Shown: one piece after another, positions 1 to 7,923 of the stretch
How the letters are laid out: each line of letters starts with the position of its first letter
Position numbering within the stretch: position 1 is the first letter of the stretch
Source of the DNA: a virus
Strand: one strand, 5' to 3'
DNA: 36,411 bases
Virus record (IMG/VR): IMGVR_UViG_3300029558_000072
Span: 1 to 36,411 of that record
Notes under the pieces: generated by a model
Databases searched by the model: none
What the model was told of the DNA's origin: nothing
The model's input: only the letters and a program-made list of their open reading frames with translations
Program-made: the position numbers and the translations under genes

Positions 1-99
1 CACGATGATACAGATTGTGTCCTTAACGACATAAATCAGCCTTTTGTTTTAGGGGCTGGAGACGCAAATCCGGAAACGGGTTATCCGGGAGAGTATGCT
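1..99. repeat. 99-bp terminal overlap identical to 36313..36411 (closure of a circular contig)
   Basis: Read directly: bases 1-99 (cacgatgatacag...gagtatgct) equal the last 99 bases. The repeat lies inside an ORF that reads through the junction. Confidence 0.95.
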
Positions 100-132
100 G
101 AAAAATGGAACAGGAGGGAGGAAAGAACATGA
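1..132 (+). CDS. 3' part of the Lar-like zinc-ribbon gene that starts at 36208 and wraps the junction
   Basis: Frame 1 is open from base 1 to TGA 130-132 and continues the frame of 36208..36411. The C-terminus ...AEKWNRREERT resembles the WNRR ending of Lar-family proteins. Confidence 0.6.
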   Translation, partial: HDDTDCVLNDINQPFVLGAGDANPETGYPGEYAEKWNRREERT

Positions 133-320
133 CGAAGCGTTTTTGTGATCTTTGCGGAAAAGAAATACACAAGATTCAGGATACTTATAGGGTCATCGTG
201 GAGAGCAACGTAAGCATTTCCTGCGCAAGCGACCCGAACATAGTGGATGTGAGGGAAATATGCCCTGCCTGCGCAAAGCGTATCCGCCAGACTGTGCAAG
301 AGCTGAAACAGGTGGTCTAA
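129..320 (+). CDS. small zinc-ribbon protein, function unknown
   Basis: ATG 129 overlaps the upstream TGA (ATGA), with GGAGGGAGG upstream. Two CxxC pairs (CDLCGK ... CPACAK). Confidence 0.7.
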   Translation: MTKRFCDLCGKEIHKIQDTYRVIVESNVSISCASDPNIVDVREICPACAKRIRQTVQELKQVV

Positions 321-321
321 C

Positions 322-687
322 ATGGCTGAATACATTGAGCGCACAGAAGAACTCGTGCTTGCCATGAATGCCGGTGCGAGGGTAATCGAGAACACAAGGC
401 GCTATCACGGCACTGTTTACAGCAAAGATGTGTTCTCGGAGACACCACAGAAAATCCCGTACTTGCTGGCTGCCAAAGTGCTGCGGGGTGTTGAAGAGGC
501 ACCTGCCGCCGATGTGGCCCCGGTGGTACATGCCGAATGGGTAGTCTGTGGCGATGGCGATAACGTTCCGTGGATGTGTAGCCATTGCGGCAAGACAACG
601 GCTCACAAGTATAAGGTCATATATGGGAAATACTGCCCCCACTGCGGAGCAAAGATGGACGGAGGTGCTAACCATGCGGCTGATTGA
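322..687 (+). CDS. hypothetical protein with C-terminal zinc ribbon
   Basis: 121-aa ORF starting 2 nt after the upstream stop. Contains CSHCG...CPHCG near the C-terminus. Confidence 0.7.
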   Translation: MAEYIERTEELVLAMNAGARVIENTRRYHGTVYSKDVFSETPQKIPYLLAAKVLRGVEEAPAADVAPVVHAEWVVCGDGDNVPWMCSHCGKTTAHKYKVIYGKYCPHCGAKMDGGANHAAD

Positions 688-937
688 CGCAGAGTTATTG
701 GAAGAACAGTTTGGAATTTCCGATGCAGATATTTTGGCAAAAGAAGAAATCCGATACGCTCCCACCGTGGATGCCGTGATCGTGACGCGGTGCAAGGACT
801 GTGTACACTGGAATGATGACCCCGATACTTATGGGGCAGATGACGGCCCGAAAGGCAAATGTATGAAATCATTTGAAACGATGTGCGCAGATGACTTTTG
901 CAGCCTTGGCGAGAGAAAGGACGGCGGGGATGGCTAA
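674..937 (+). CDS. hypothetical Cys-rich early protein
   Basis: Internal ATG 674 of track ORF 548..937, preceded by GGAGGTG at 661-667. The upstream part overlaps the previous gene. Confidence 0.65.
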   Translation: MRLIDAELLEEQFGISDADILAKEEIRYAPTVDAVIVTRCKDCVHWNDDPDTYGADDGPKGKCMKSFETMCADDFCSLGERKDGGDG

Positions 938-1000
938 ACAATCCGCTTATTTGCAACGGCGGGACGCGCAGTTGGATGCGGTCTTCTGGGCCGGTGCGCG

Positions 1001-1267
1001 ATGGCAGCGCAGTTCGCCGTTGACACTTTGCAGATGACCATGCACCAGAAGGAAGGCTGGGGCTATGATCGCATCATGCGCGTCACGCATGAGTGGATGG
1101 AGACCCAGCGGGAATACAGACCTGCCTTAAACTGCAAGGACCCAGAGGCAGACGTCCGGCAGGAGCACATGGATCGGGTGCTTGCGGAGATCATCAGCGG
1201 GAAGGCAGAGCTGATCCGGTTTCCGGATCGGTATCCAAACGCGAAAAAGATCAAATACGGGAGGTAA
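1001..1267 (+). CDS. hypothetical protein (possibly the 3' part of a frameshifted gene starting at 930)
   Basis: 88-aa ORF with a weak RBS. A protein-like 35-codon ORF (930..1037, MAKQSAYLQRRDAQLDAVFWAGA...) with a better RBS overlaps it in another frame. Confidence 0.55.
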   Translation: MAAQFAVDTLQMTMHQKEGWGYDRIMRVTHEWMETQREYRPALNCKDPEADVRQEHMDRVLAEIISGKAELIRFPDRYPNAKKIKYGR

Positions 1268-1270
1268 GGC

Positions 1271-1561
1271 ATGGAAACTGAAAAAATGAGTTATGAACCA
1301 ATGGAAATTGATCGCGTACCGTATATGGGCTTGCCAGATTGCAAGGACTGCCCGGAAAAACGCTCAACGGTCATTGAGCATCGGTTGTATGGTAATTCTG
1401 GCTGTGTGGCAGTTGATACGCATGTGGAATGCGCAAAACTGGATCTTTGCCTCAAACTCAAGCAGCGTTTGATGGAAAGCCTTCGAGATGGGATCATCTG
1501 CGGGGAGGGCGACAGTAAGCCGCTGGGCCTGAGCCGTGCGGAGCCTCCTGCCGATGACTGA
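1271..1561 (+). CDS. hypothetical Cys-rich protein
   Basis: 96-aa ORF with GGAGGTAAGGC directly upstream and tight packing with its neighbours. Confidence 0.65.
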   Translation: METEKMSYEPMEIDRVPYMGLPDCKDCPEKRSTVIEHRLYGNSGCVAVDTHVECAKLDLCLKLKQRLMESLRDGIICGEGDSKPLGLSRAEPPADD

Positions 1562-1584
1562 TAAACAATGGAGAGGAGTAAATT

Positions 1585-1731
1585 ATGAGCGCACTGGCGT
1601 TTTTTTTAGTTCTGGTAGCACTGATTATTGATGCCGTATCGTTTTTTACTATAGGCGCGATTTATGGGCTTGCTGCCAGAATCAATCAACTTGAGAAAAT
1701 CGGCTATAAAGTAACAAAAAACGATGAATGA
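1585..1731 (+). CDS. 48-aa single-pass membrane peptide
   Basis: Hand translation: MSALAFFLVLVALIIDAVSFFTIGAIYGLAARINQLEKIGYKVTKNDE. GGAGAGGAG lies 6 nt upstream. The segment is AT-rich and too short for the ORF track. Confidence 0.55.
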   Translation: MSALAFFLVLVALIIDAVSFFTIGAIYGLAARINQLEKIGYKVTKNDE

Positions 1732-2428
1732 TCCATATGTATGCGTCCGGCAACGGGCGGGGCCATTGGTCAAGACACTGATTACGGACAATTACGCATA
1801 CCTGCGGCGTTATGGGCCTAATGCGGTGCGGGGCCGGTGTGGGCCGGCCCTCAGCCGCACCAGTCTGGACAAGTTGGAACTGCGGCTGGCGCTGTTTGGC
1901 TATGACGGTATTTTTTACGACCTAACCTTTGACGATGCCCATCTGCCGCCAAATCGGGCTGGTGTGGAGCGTGTGTGGGATGCCTTTCTCAAGCGGCTCC
2001 GACGATGGAAACGCGGGCCTGTGGATTTTTACGTCTATCGGATTGAGGGACTACACGGAGACAAGCGACTCCATATCCACGCATTTCTGCGGGACCAGGA
2101 CTTTCCACCGGCTGTGGTGCAATATCTGTGGACGTTCGGCTTTGCGTATGACAAGCCGTTTAACCGGGCCAGGGTGCTGTCAGAGGGCGGCTACCGTGGG
2201 CTGGCGATCTATTTCACCAAGGAGGTCCCGGAGGTGGGCCGCCACCCGTGGGGCTGCTCCCGGGCGCTGAGTAAGTACCTTCCGCCTCCGGAGGTGACCA
2301 CCTGCAAGAGTGGCATGGTGCGGCTGCCCAAGGGCGCCACACCGCTGCCCATGCAGGGCCGGGACCGTCCTCAGCTGGGCGTGTGGGGGCTCTATGGGTA
2401 TAGCCGGTATCTGCTTCCGGAAAAATAG
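1724..2428 (+). CDS. HUH-superfamily rolling-circle replication initiator-like protein
   Basis: Motif I-like FYDLTFDD (aa 64-71), HUH RLHIHAF (aa 115-121) and Tyr motif AIYFTKE (aa 161-167), in the canonical order and spacing. Confidence 0.6.
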   Translation: MNDPYVCVRQRAGPLVKTLITDNYAYLRRYGPNAVRGRCGPALSRTSLDKLELRLALFGYDGIFYDLTFDDAHLPPNRAGVERVWDAFLKRLRRWKRGPVDFYVYRIEGLHGDKRLHIHAFLRDQDFPPAVVQYLWTFGFAYDKPFNRARVLSEGGYRGLAIYFTKEVPEVGRHPWGCSRALSKYLPPPEVTTCKSGMVRLPKGATPLPMQGRDRPQLGVWGLYGYSRYLLPEK

Positions 2429-2461
2429 CGCTTTTATTTTAATAACAAAGTTTAGTATTAT

Positions 2462-2475
2462 CTATCTATAGATAG
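2462..2475. repeat. perfect 14-bp AT-rich palindrome CTATCTATAGATAG in the Rep-KTR intergenic region
   Basis: Read directly. It is embedded in the AT-rich spacer 2429..2536 immediately after the Rep stop codon. Confidence 0.8.
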
Positions 2476-2536
2476 CGTATCCTCTTGAAACCTAGGGGAT
2501 ATTTACGGACAACCGCAAGAAAGTGAGGGAAAAGCC

Positions 2537-2737
2537 TTGCAACCGATGAAAAAAGGTGATAAACTTGCCATAAAGGATGGATATGCAGTTTGCCCGGTCT
2601 GCCGACACAAGACCAGCCAGGCAATCAGACCGGACACTGTGGCGGACAATCTCCAGCTTTGGTGCCGAAACTGCAAAGCAATCCATCTCGTGAAAATTGA
2701 CCGTGGCCAGTGCTCGATGATTAGCCGGTGCCGATGA
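2537..2737 (+). CDS. cysteine-rich KTR-domain-like zinc-ribbon protein
   Basis: CPVCRHKT...LQLWCRNCK matches the CPxCxxKTR...CPKC pattern of the Cys-rich KTR family. TTG 2537 is 6 nt after GTGAGGGA; ATG 2546 is the alternative start. Confidence 0.6.
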   Translation: MQPMKKGDKLAIKDGYAVCPVCRHKTSQAIRPDTVADNLQLWCRNCKAIHLVKIDRGQCSMISRCR

Positions 2738-2775
2738 TCCCCAGCGTTGGGGGCATCGGTGCCGGTTTTTGTTTT
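2725..2775 (+). terminator. rho-independent terminator
   Basis: 12-bp stem ccggtgccgatg / catcggtgccgg (two G-U pairs) with an inner cccc/gggg extension, followed by TTTTTGTTTT. Confidence 0.8.
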
Positions 2776-2874
2776 GCATTGTTTTTGGCCTGTGCTCTTG
2801 TAGCCGGTGCTAATGCTCCGCCGTTGCGGCGGGTGTTGGCATCGGCTTTTGTTTTTGCCCGGAGGTGATAGCCC

Positions 2875-3246
2875 GTGGAACAGATGGCCGGTGCCGGTAT
2901 CTCCGGCGCAAGGCTTCGGGAGCTGGTCTCGCTGCTGGCAGCGGGCCATGAGTATAAATTTTATTCTTGGCCTGAGTGGCGGGCACTGCGGCTGGAAGTC
3001 CTCCGGCTGGATCGGTACGAGTGTCAGCACTGCAAGGCGGCGGGGCGTTACCGCAAGGGGTACATCGTGCATCACGTCAAGCACCTTCGGCAGCGGCCTG
3101 ACCTGGCTTTGAGCGTGTTTGACCCGGATACGGGCCAACGTCAGCTTGAGACGCTGTGCAAGCAATGCCACGAGCAGGAGCATCCAGAGAGCCAGCGGCA
3201 ATTTCGGCCGAAGGCCTTGCCAATCACCGCTGAGCGGTGGGATTAA
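2875..3246 (+). CDS. HNH endonuclease (terminase-associated type)
   Basis: CQHC...HHVKH...CKQCH HNH/zinc motif. GTG 2875 is 7 nt after GGAGGTG. Position just upstream of terS is typical of HNH-cos phages. Confidence 0.85.
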   Translation: MEQMAGAGISGARLRELVSLLAAGHEYKFYSWPEWRALRLEVLRLDRYECQHCKAAGRYRKGYIVHHVKHLRQRPDLALSVFDPDTGQRQLETLCKQCHEQEHPESQRQFRPKALPITAERWD

Positions 3247-3881
3247 CCCCCCATCGAGAAAAACGGCTTTACTCCGTTCGTTGCTAATCGGGTGGGTCCA
3301 GGACAAAAGATGGGCCGACGGGCGTGCGCGGCGCCGCGACGCGCAGGCGGCGCGGGCGCGGCAATGATTCTGCCGGGTGCAAGGGCACAGAAGCAGATTT
3401 GGTTACGGAAAGCGTCCAGCTGGGCCAGCAATATCTGGCAGAGCCCTGCGGAGTCTTGAGAAAGCCAGCCCTTCTTTTGGCTGAGAAGGCTACCGCCGGC
3501 CTTTGATCCCCTTAATCTGCTAAACCCGACTTGCAGGGCGAAGGCAAAGCTGATTTTGACTGATGGAAAAACACGATCCGGCTTGTGACCCGGCCCCTGT
3601 GCCGGCTTCACTCTTTCTTCCCTTCCGGTCTCCGTGCCCTACCACGGAGGCCGGGTCATGGGCCGGAGCTGCCGCCCTGCCTGCGCCGAAGGCCTGCGCT
3701 GGATGCGCGGGGTATTGACGTAGACGCGGTGGGGCGGCGCGGTCCGATTCGGACACATACTTCCGGTGTGCACGGCGGCGCTTGCGCCGCAGCGGGTTTG
3801 ATCCTCCTGTCGGCGGCTCTGGCTGCCATGCGAGAGCCGCCGTGTGCGCCGGACGGAAAGAAACGGGAAAGGAGGAGCCTT
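3247..3881. other. 635-bp GC-rich non-coding region, probable cos/packaging-initiation region
   Basis: No convincing ORF: the track ORFs here are Arg/Ala/Gly/Pro-rich. Contains the palindrome CGCGGCGCCGCG (3327..3338), a 12-bp hairpin (3625..3654) and one GTCCGATTCGGAC copy. Lies between HNH and terS. Confidence 0.5.
3742..3754. repeat. GTCCGAWTCGGAC palindrome, copy 1 of 8 (centre T)
   Basis: Exact match read directly. Located in the non-coding cos-type region. Confidence 0.95.
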
Positions 3882-4217
3882 ATGGAGCAGGCAAAGGACT
3901 GGAGAAAAACCAAACAGTACCGGGAACTAAAAAAGTCCATGCTGGATAATCTGGAAGCCAGAGGCCTTTTGGAAAAAGCGTACACCGACAAGGTGGACGA
4001 GTATCTGGACTTCTGGGTGCGGCGGCAGGAATTGCAGACGGATGTGGCTGAGCGCGGTCTTTCCGTGATGGATGATCGGGGCCGCATTACGGAAAACCGC
4101 AGCGTGTCTCTGGAAATTCAGGTGGCCCGGCAAATGCTGGCCGTATGGACGGCACTGGGCTTTAAGGACGCCGCCGCAAAATCGGACGTGCCGGGAGGCA
4201 TGGACGATGAGCTGTAA
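3882..4217 (+). CDS. terS: terminase small subunit (P27-like)
   Basis: ATG 3882 follows GGAGGAG. About 111 aa, helical and charged, directly upstream of and overlapping terL. The longer track ORF from 3585 is a GC-rich artefact. Confidence 0.75.
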   Translation: MEQAKDWRKTKQYRELKKSMLDNLEARGLLEKAYTDKVDEYLDFWVRRQELQTDVAERGLSVMDDRGRITENRSVSLEIQVARQMLAVWTALGFKDAAAKSDVPGGMDDEL

Positions 4218-5877
4218 GCTGCCGCCAGCGGTCACGGCGTATCTGGAGGCAGTGGAAGCAGATAAGCCCCGGGCCTGCCCGGAGCAGCACGCCCTGGCGG
4301 CGCATATCCGGCGGTGCTTCGAGACCGAAGATCTGCGGGTGGATACAGAGCAGCTTCGGCGGTACCTGAGTTTGTCCCGCTATTTCCCGTATAAAGACCT
4401 TTTCCTGTGGGAGCAATTTCTGACGGCGCTTTGGCTGTGCACCTACACCACTGACGGACGGCCCCGGTGGAAGACCCTGTTTTCCATGGTTGGCCGTGGC
4501 GCGGGAAAGGACGGATTTATCGCATTTGTCTCTATGTGCTCCACCTCTCCCTATAACCCGGTGGGCAGCTACAACGTAGACATCTGCGCCAATAACGAGG
4601 AGCAGGCCATGACGCCGGTGCTGGATCTGGTGAACACGCTGGAGCTTCCCAAGAACGAATCAAAGCTGAAACGGTTTTACTACCACACAAAGGAGCTGGT
4701 GCAGGGCCGGAAAAACCGGGGCGTGGTCAAGGGGCGCACCAACAACCCCAAGGGGCGGGACGGTATGCGCTCCGGCATGGTGATCTTTAACGAGGTCCAC
4801 CAGTTTGAAAACTACAACAACATCAAGGTGTTTATCACCGGTCAGGGCAAGGTGGCTCAGCCCCGCGTCGGCATTTTTACATCCAACGGCGAAGTCAATG
4901 ACGGGCCTTTGGACGATTATCTGGCCAGAGGACGGCGGATCTTATTTGAAAACGAGCCGGACAACGGCTTTCTTCCCTTCATCTGCTGTTTGGAGACCCG
5001 GGAGCAGGTACATGACCCGGAAAACTGGTACATGGCAAACCCGTCCCTGTTTTATCTGCCGGATCTGTTTCAGGAGACGGCGGACGAATACCGTGACTGG
5101 GTGGAGCACCCGGAGCAAAACGGCGATTTTCTGACAAAGCGAATGGGCTTGCGGGCTGGATTTCAGGAGATCAGCGTGACGGACTATGAAAAGATCCTCA
5201 AGACCAATAAGCCACAGCCTGATCTGCGTGGCTGGACCTGCACGGTAGGGCTGGACTATGCGGAGCTGAGCGACTGGGCGGCAGTCAACCTCCATTTCCG
5301 GCGAGGCGCAGACCGGTTTGACATTAACCACGCATGGGTTTGCCTGCAATCCAAAACCCTGCCGCGGATCAAGGCTCCGTGGCAGATGTGGGCAAAGGAA
5401 GGACACCTGACGGCGGTGGACGATGTAAGCATCGGCCCTGATCTGATCGCGGCATACATCCAGGACGCTGCCAAATGCTACAACATCAAGGCGCTGGCGA
5501 TGGACCACTACCGGTGGACGCTGGTTTCCGAAAGTATGCGGGCTATCGGCTTTGACGCGGCGGACAAGAACCGGGTGAAGCTGGTGCGGCCATCGGACAT
5601 CATGCAGGTGGAGCCAGTGATTCAGGAATGCTTTGACCGGGAGCTGTTTTACTGGGGCGATCAACCGCACCTTCGCTGGGGCGTAAACAACACCAAGCGG
5701 GTCCGCAGTTCACGGAAGCAGGGGGTCGATACCGGAAACTTTATTTACGCCAAAATTGAAGCGAAAAGCCGTAAGACAGACCCCTTTATGGCACTGGTGG
5801 CCAGTATGACGATTGAACCATTGCTGGGCACCGGCGCTCCGCTGGCGGCCCCGCTAATGGGAGCCATCAGACTATAG
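4207..5877 (+). CDS. terL: terminase large subunit
   Basis: Walker A VGRGAGKDG, 556 aa, overlaps terS by 11 nt. Confidence 0.9.
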   Translation: MSCKLPPAVTAYLEAVEADKPRACPEQHALAAHIRRCFETEDLRVDTEQLRRYLSLSRYFPYKDLFLWEQFLTALWLCTYTTDGRPRWKTLFSMVGRGAGKDGFIAFVSMCSTSPYNPVGSYNVDICANNEEQAMTPVLDLVNTLELPKNESKLKRFYYHTKELVQGRKNRGVVKGRTNNPKGRDGMRSGMVIFNEVHQFENYNNIKVFITGQGKVAQPRVGIFTSNGEVNDGPLDDYLARGRRILFENEPDNGFLPFICCLETREQVHDPENWYMANPSLFYLPDLFQETADEYRDWVEHPEQNGDFLTKRMGLRAGFQEISVTDYEKILKTNKPQPDLRGWTCTVGLDYAELSDWAAVNLHFRRGADRFDINHAWVCLQSKTLPRIKAPWQMWAKEGHLTAVDDVSIGPDLIAAYIQDAAKCYNIKALAMDHYRWTLVSESMRAIGFDAADKNRVKLVRPSDIMQVEPVIQECFDRELFYWGDQPHLRWGVNNTKRVRSSRKQGVDTGNFIYAKIEAKSRKTDPFMALVASMTIEPLLGTGAPLAAPLMGAIRL

Positions 5878-5879
5878 CG

Positions 5880-5892
5880 GTCCGAATCGGAC
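5880..5892. repeat. GTCCGAWTCGGAC palindrome, copy 2 of 8 (centre A); extends to a 17-bp palindrome 5878..5894
   Basis: Exact match in the 32-nt terL-portal spacer. Confidence 0.95.
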
Positions 5893-5909
5893 CGGAGAAA
5901 GGCTGAACT

Positions 5910-7106
5910 ATGGGATTGAGATTTTTTGAATGGCTGGCGGGAAAGGGCGGGCGAACCGCCACAGCGGAGGTCTCCTGTCAGGAGCTATTGGCAGCGGCTG
6001 AAGACTTTCAGGCGCGGCAGCTTTCCTTCTGGACCTGTGTGAACATGGTGGCCAACGCCGTGGGCCGCTGCGAGGTAAAGACTTTCCGGGGACGGGAGGA
6101 GATCCAGGAGCAGGAGTATTACCTGTGGAACGTGGAGCCCAACGTGAACCAGAACAGCTCCGCCTTTTGGCATAAGCTGATCGCCAAGCTGTTTTTGGAC
6201 AATGAAGCGCTGGTGATCTCCAGTAAGCGGCGGGACGGCATGGACGCGGTGATGGTGGCGGACAGCTGGCAGCAGAGCACCTTCTGGCCGATGCGGATGA
6301 ATGAATACATCAACGTGACGGTGGGCGACACCGCCTATGAAAAGACCTTCCGGGAAAACGAGGTTTTGCACTTAAAGCTCCACCACAATGCCATTCGCCC
6401 GGTGGTGGACGGCCTGTGCCAGTCCTACATGCGGCTGGTGGCAGCGGCTATGAGCCGCTATCAGTGGGAGCGTGGGCAGCACTGGAAGGTCCACGTAAAT
6501 CAGATCGCATCCGGCACGCAGGATTTTGAGCAAAATTTTGCCAAGATCATCGAGCAGCAGATCAAACCGTTTTTTGACAGCGGCGCAGCGGTGCTCCCGG
6601 AGTTTGACGGCTATGACTACCAGCAGGTCAATAAATCTGGCGATGGCAAGGTGGGCGACAGCCGGGACGTGCGGAACCTGATCGAGGACATTTTCGATTT
6701 TACCGCCCGGGGATTTCTGATCCCCGCTGTACTGGTAAACGGCACCGTTCAGGGCACAGCGGACGCCAACAGCCGCTTTCTGACCCAGTGTATTGACCCT
6801 ATCTGCGACCAGCTCCAGGAGGAGATCACCCGGAAGCGGTACGGCTTTGACGGTTGGAAGCAGGGCAACTTTGTCCGGGTGGATTCCTCCGCGATCCTCC
6901 ACTTTGACATGTTTGCCAACGCTGCCAACGTGGAAAAGCTGGTGGGCAGCGGCGCCTTCTCGGTCAACGATGTGCTGCGAGCGGCCAACCAGGCCACCAT
7001 CAACGAGCCGTGGGCCGACGAGCACTTTTTGACACTGAACATCGCGCGGATCCAAGAAGCCGCGCAGCAGATGAACGCAGAGAAAGGAGACAGCGGGAAT
7101 GAATGA
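5910..7106 (+). CDS. portal protein (HK97-type)
   Basis: 398 aa, positioned after terL and before the protease, with typical portal sequence character. Confidence 0.85.
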   Translation: MGLRFFEWLAGKGGRTATAEVSCQELLAAAEDFQARQLSFWTCVNMVANAVGRCEVKTFRGREEIQEQEYYLWNVEPNVNQNSSAFWHKLIAKLFLDNEALVISSKRRDGMDAVMVADSWQQSTFWPMRMNEYINVTVGDTAYEKTFRENEVLHLKLHHNAIRPVVDGLCQSYMRLVAAAMSRYQWERGQHWKVHVNQIASGTQDFEQNFAKIIEQQIKPFFDSGAAVLPEFDGYDYQQVNKSGDGKVGDSRDVRNLIEDIFDFTARGFLIPAVLVNGTVQGTADANSRFLTQCIDPICDQLQEEITRKRYGFDGWKQGNFVRVDSSAILHFDMFANAANVEKLVGSGAFSVNDVLRAANQATINEPWADEHFLTLNIARIQEAAQQMNAEKGDSGNE

Positions 7107-7905
7107 TCCCAAGCAGAAGGAACGGAGGATGTGGGCGCTGAAGCAGCGGGCGGAGGACGCCAAGACGCTGGAGCTTTACATCTACGGAGACGTGGAGGGT
7201 GACAGCTACGACTGGTGGACCGACGAGACGATCCAAAGCGAGACCAGCGCCAACGCCTTCCGGGACGCTCTGGCGGAGCATCCGGAGGCGACGGAGATCG
7301 CCGTGTACATCAACAGCTACGGCGGCAGTGTATTTGAGGGCACGGCCATCTACAACCAGCTCAAGCGGCACAGCGCCCACAAGACGGTGTATGTGGACGG
7401 CTTTGCCTGTTCCATCGCCTCGGTCATCGCAATGGCCGGCGACACGGTGGTGATGCCGCGCAACGCCCTCATGATGATCCACAACATGAGCATGGGTATT
7501 TACGGAAACGCAGCTGAGCTGCGAAAGGCCGCAGATAATCTGGACACCATCAATCAGGCGGGAATGGAAGCCTATCTCCAAAAGGCCGGGGACAAGCTGG
7601 ACCCGGATACCCTGAAGGAAATGTATGATGCGGAGACCTGGCTGACGGCGGAGCAGTGCATGGAGCTGGGATTGGCCGACCGCTACGCGGAAAAGGACGC
7701 GGACATGACCCAGGCTGCGGCTCTGCTGCAAAAGGCCAACCTGACCTTGGAGCAGCGGATCACCGTGCAGAAAAGCCTTGCCGCTCAGCTTCGGCAGTTG
7801 GCGGCGGACGCTGGTCCTAAACCGCCTTGCCCCCCTGATCCGAAAGGCCCGGAGCCTCAGCCCGAACCCCAGCAGAAAAACCGTATTATGAGCCTGTTTG
7901 GCTAA
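7099..7905 (+). CDS. ClpP-family (S14) prohead protease
   Basis: YINSYGGSVFEG, ...CSIASVIAMAGD and MMIHN motifs of ClpP-like serine proteases. Confidence 0.9.
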   Translation: MNDPKQKERRMWALKQRAEDAKTLELYIYGDVEGDSYDWWTDETIQSETSANAFRDALAEHPEATEIAVYINSYGGSVFEGTAIYNQLKRHSAHKTVYVDGFACSIASVIAMAGDTVVMPRNALMMIHNMSMGIYGNAAELRKAADNLDTINQAGMEAYLQKAGDKLDPDTLKEMYDAETWLTAEQCMELGLADRYAEKDADMTQAAALLQKANLTLEQRITVQKSLAAQLRQLAADAGPKPPCPPDPKGPEPQPEPQQKNRIMSLFG

Positions 7906-7923
7906 AAATGAAAGGAGAACACT

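Noticed and set aside
1-99. The 99-bp terminal repeat interpreted as physical direct terminal repeats, LTRs or att sites.
   Set aside because: It lies inside a continuous ORF, and its length matches a typical assembler k-mer overlap. The genome also has an HNH/cos-type packaging module. I treat it as circular closure.
3585-3881. N-terminal 99-aa extension of the terS ORF in the track, along with other ORFs in the 3247..3881 gap.
   Set aside because: Composition is Arg/Pro/Ala/Gly-rich, and there is no RBS. The ATG at 3882 has a strong GGAGGAG and begins the recognisable TerS sequence.
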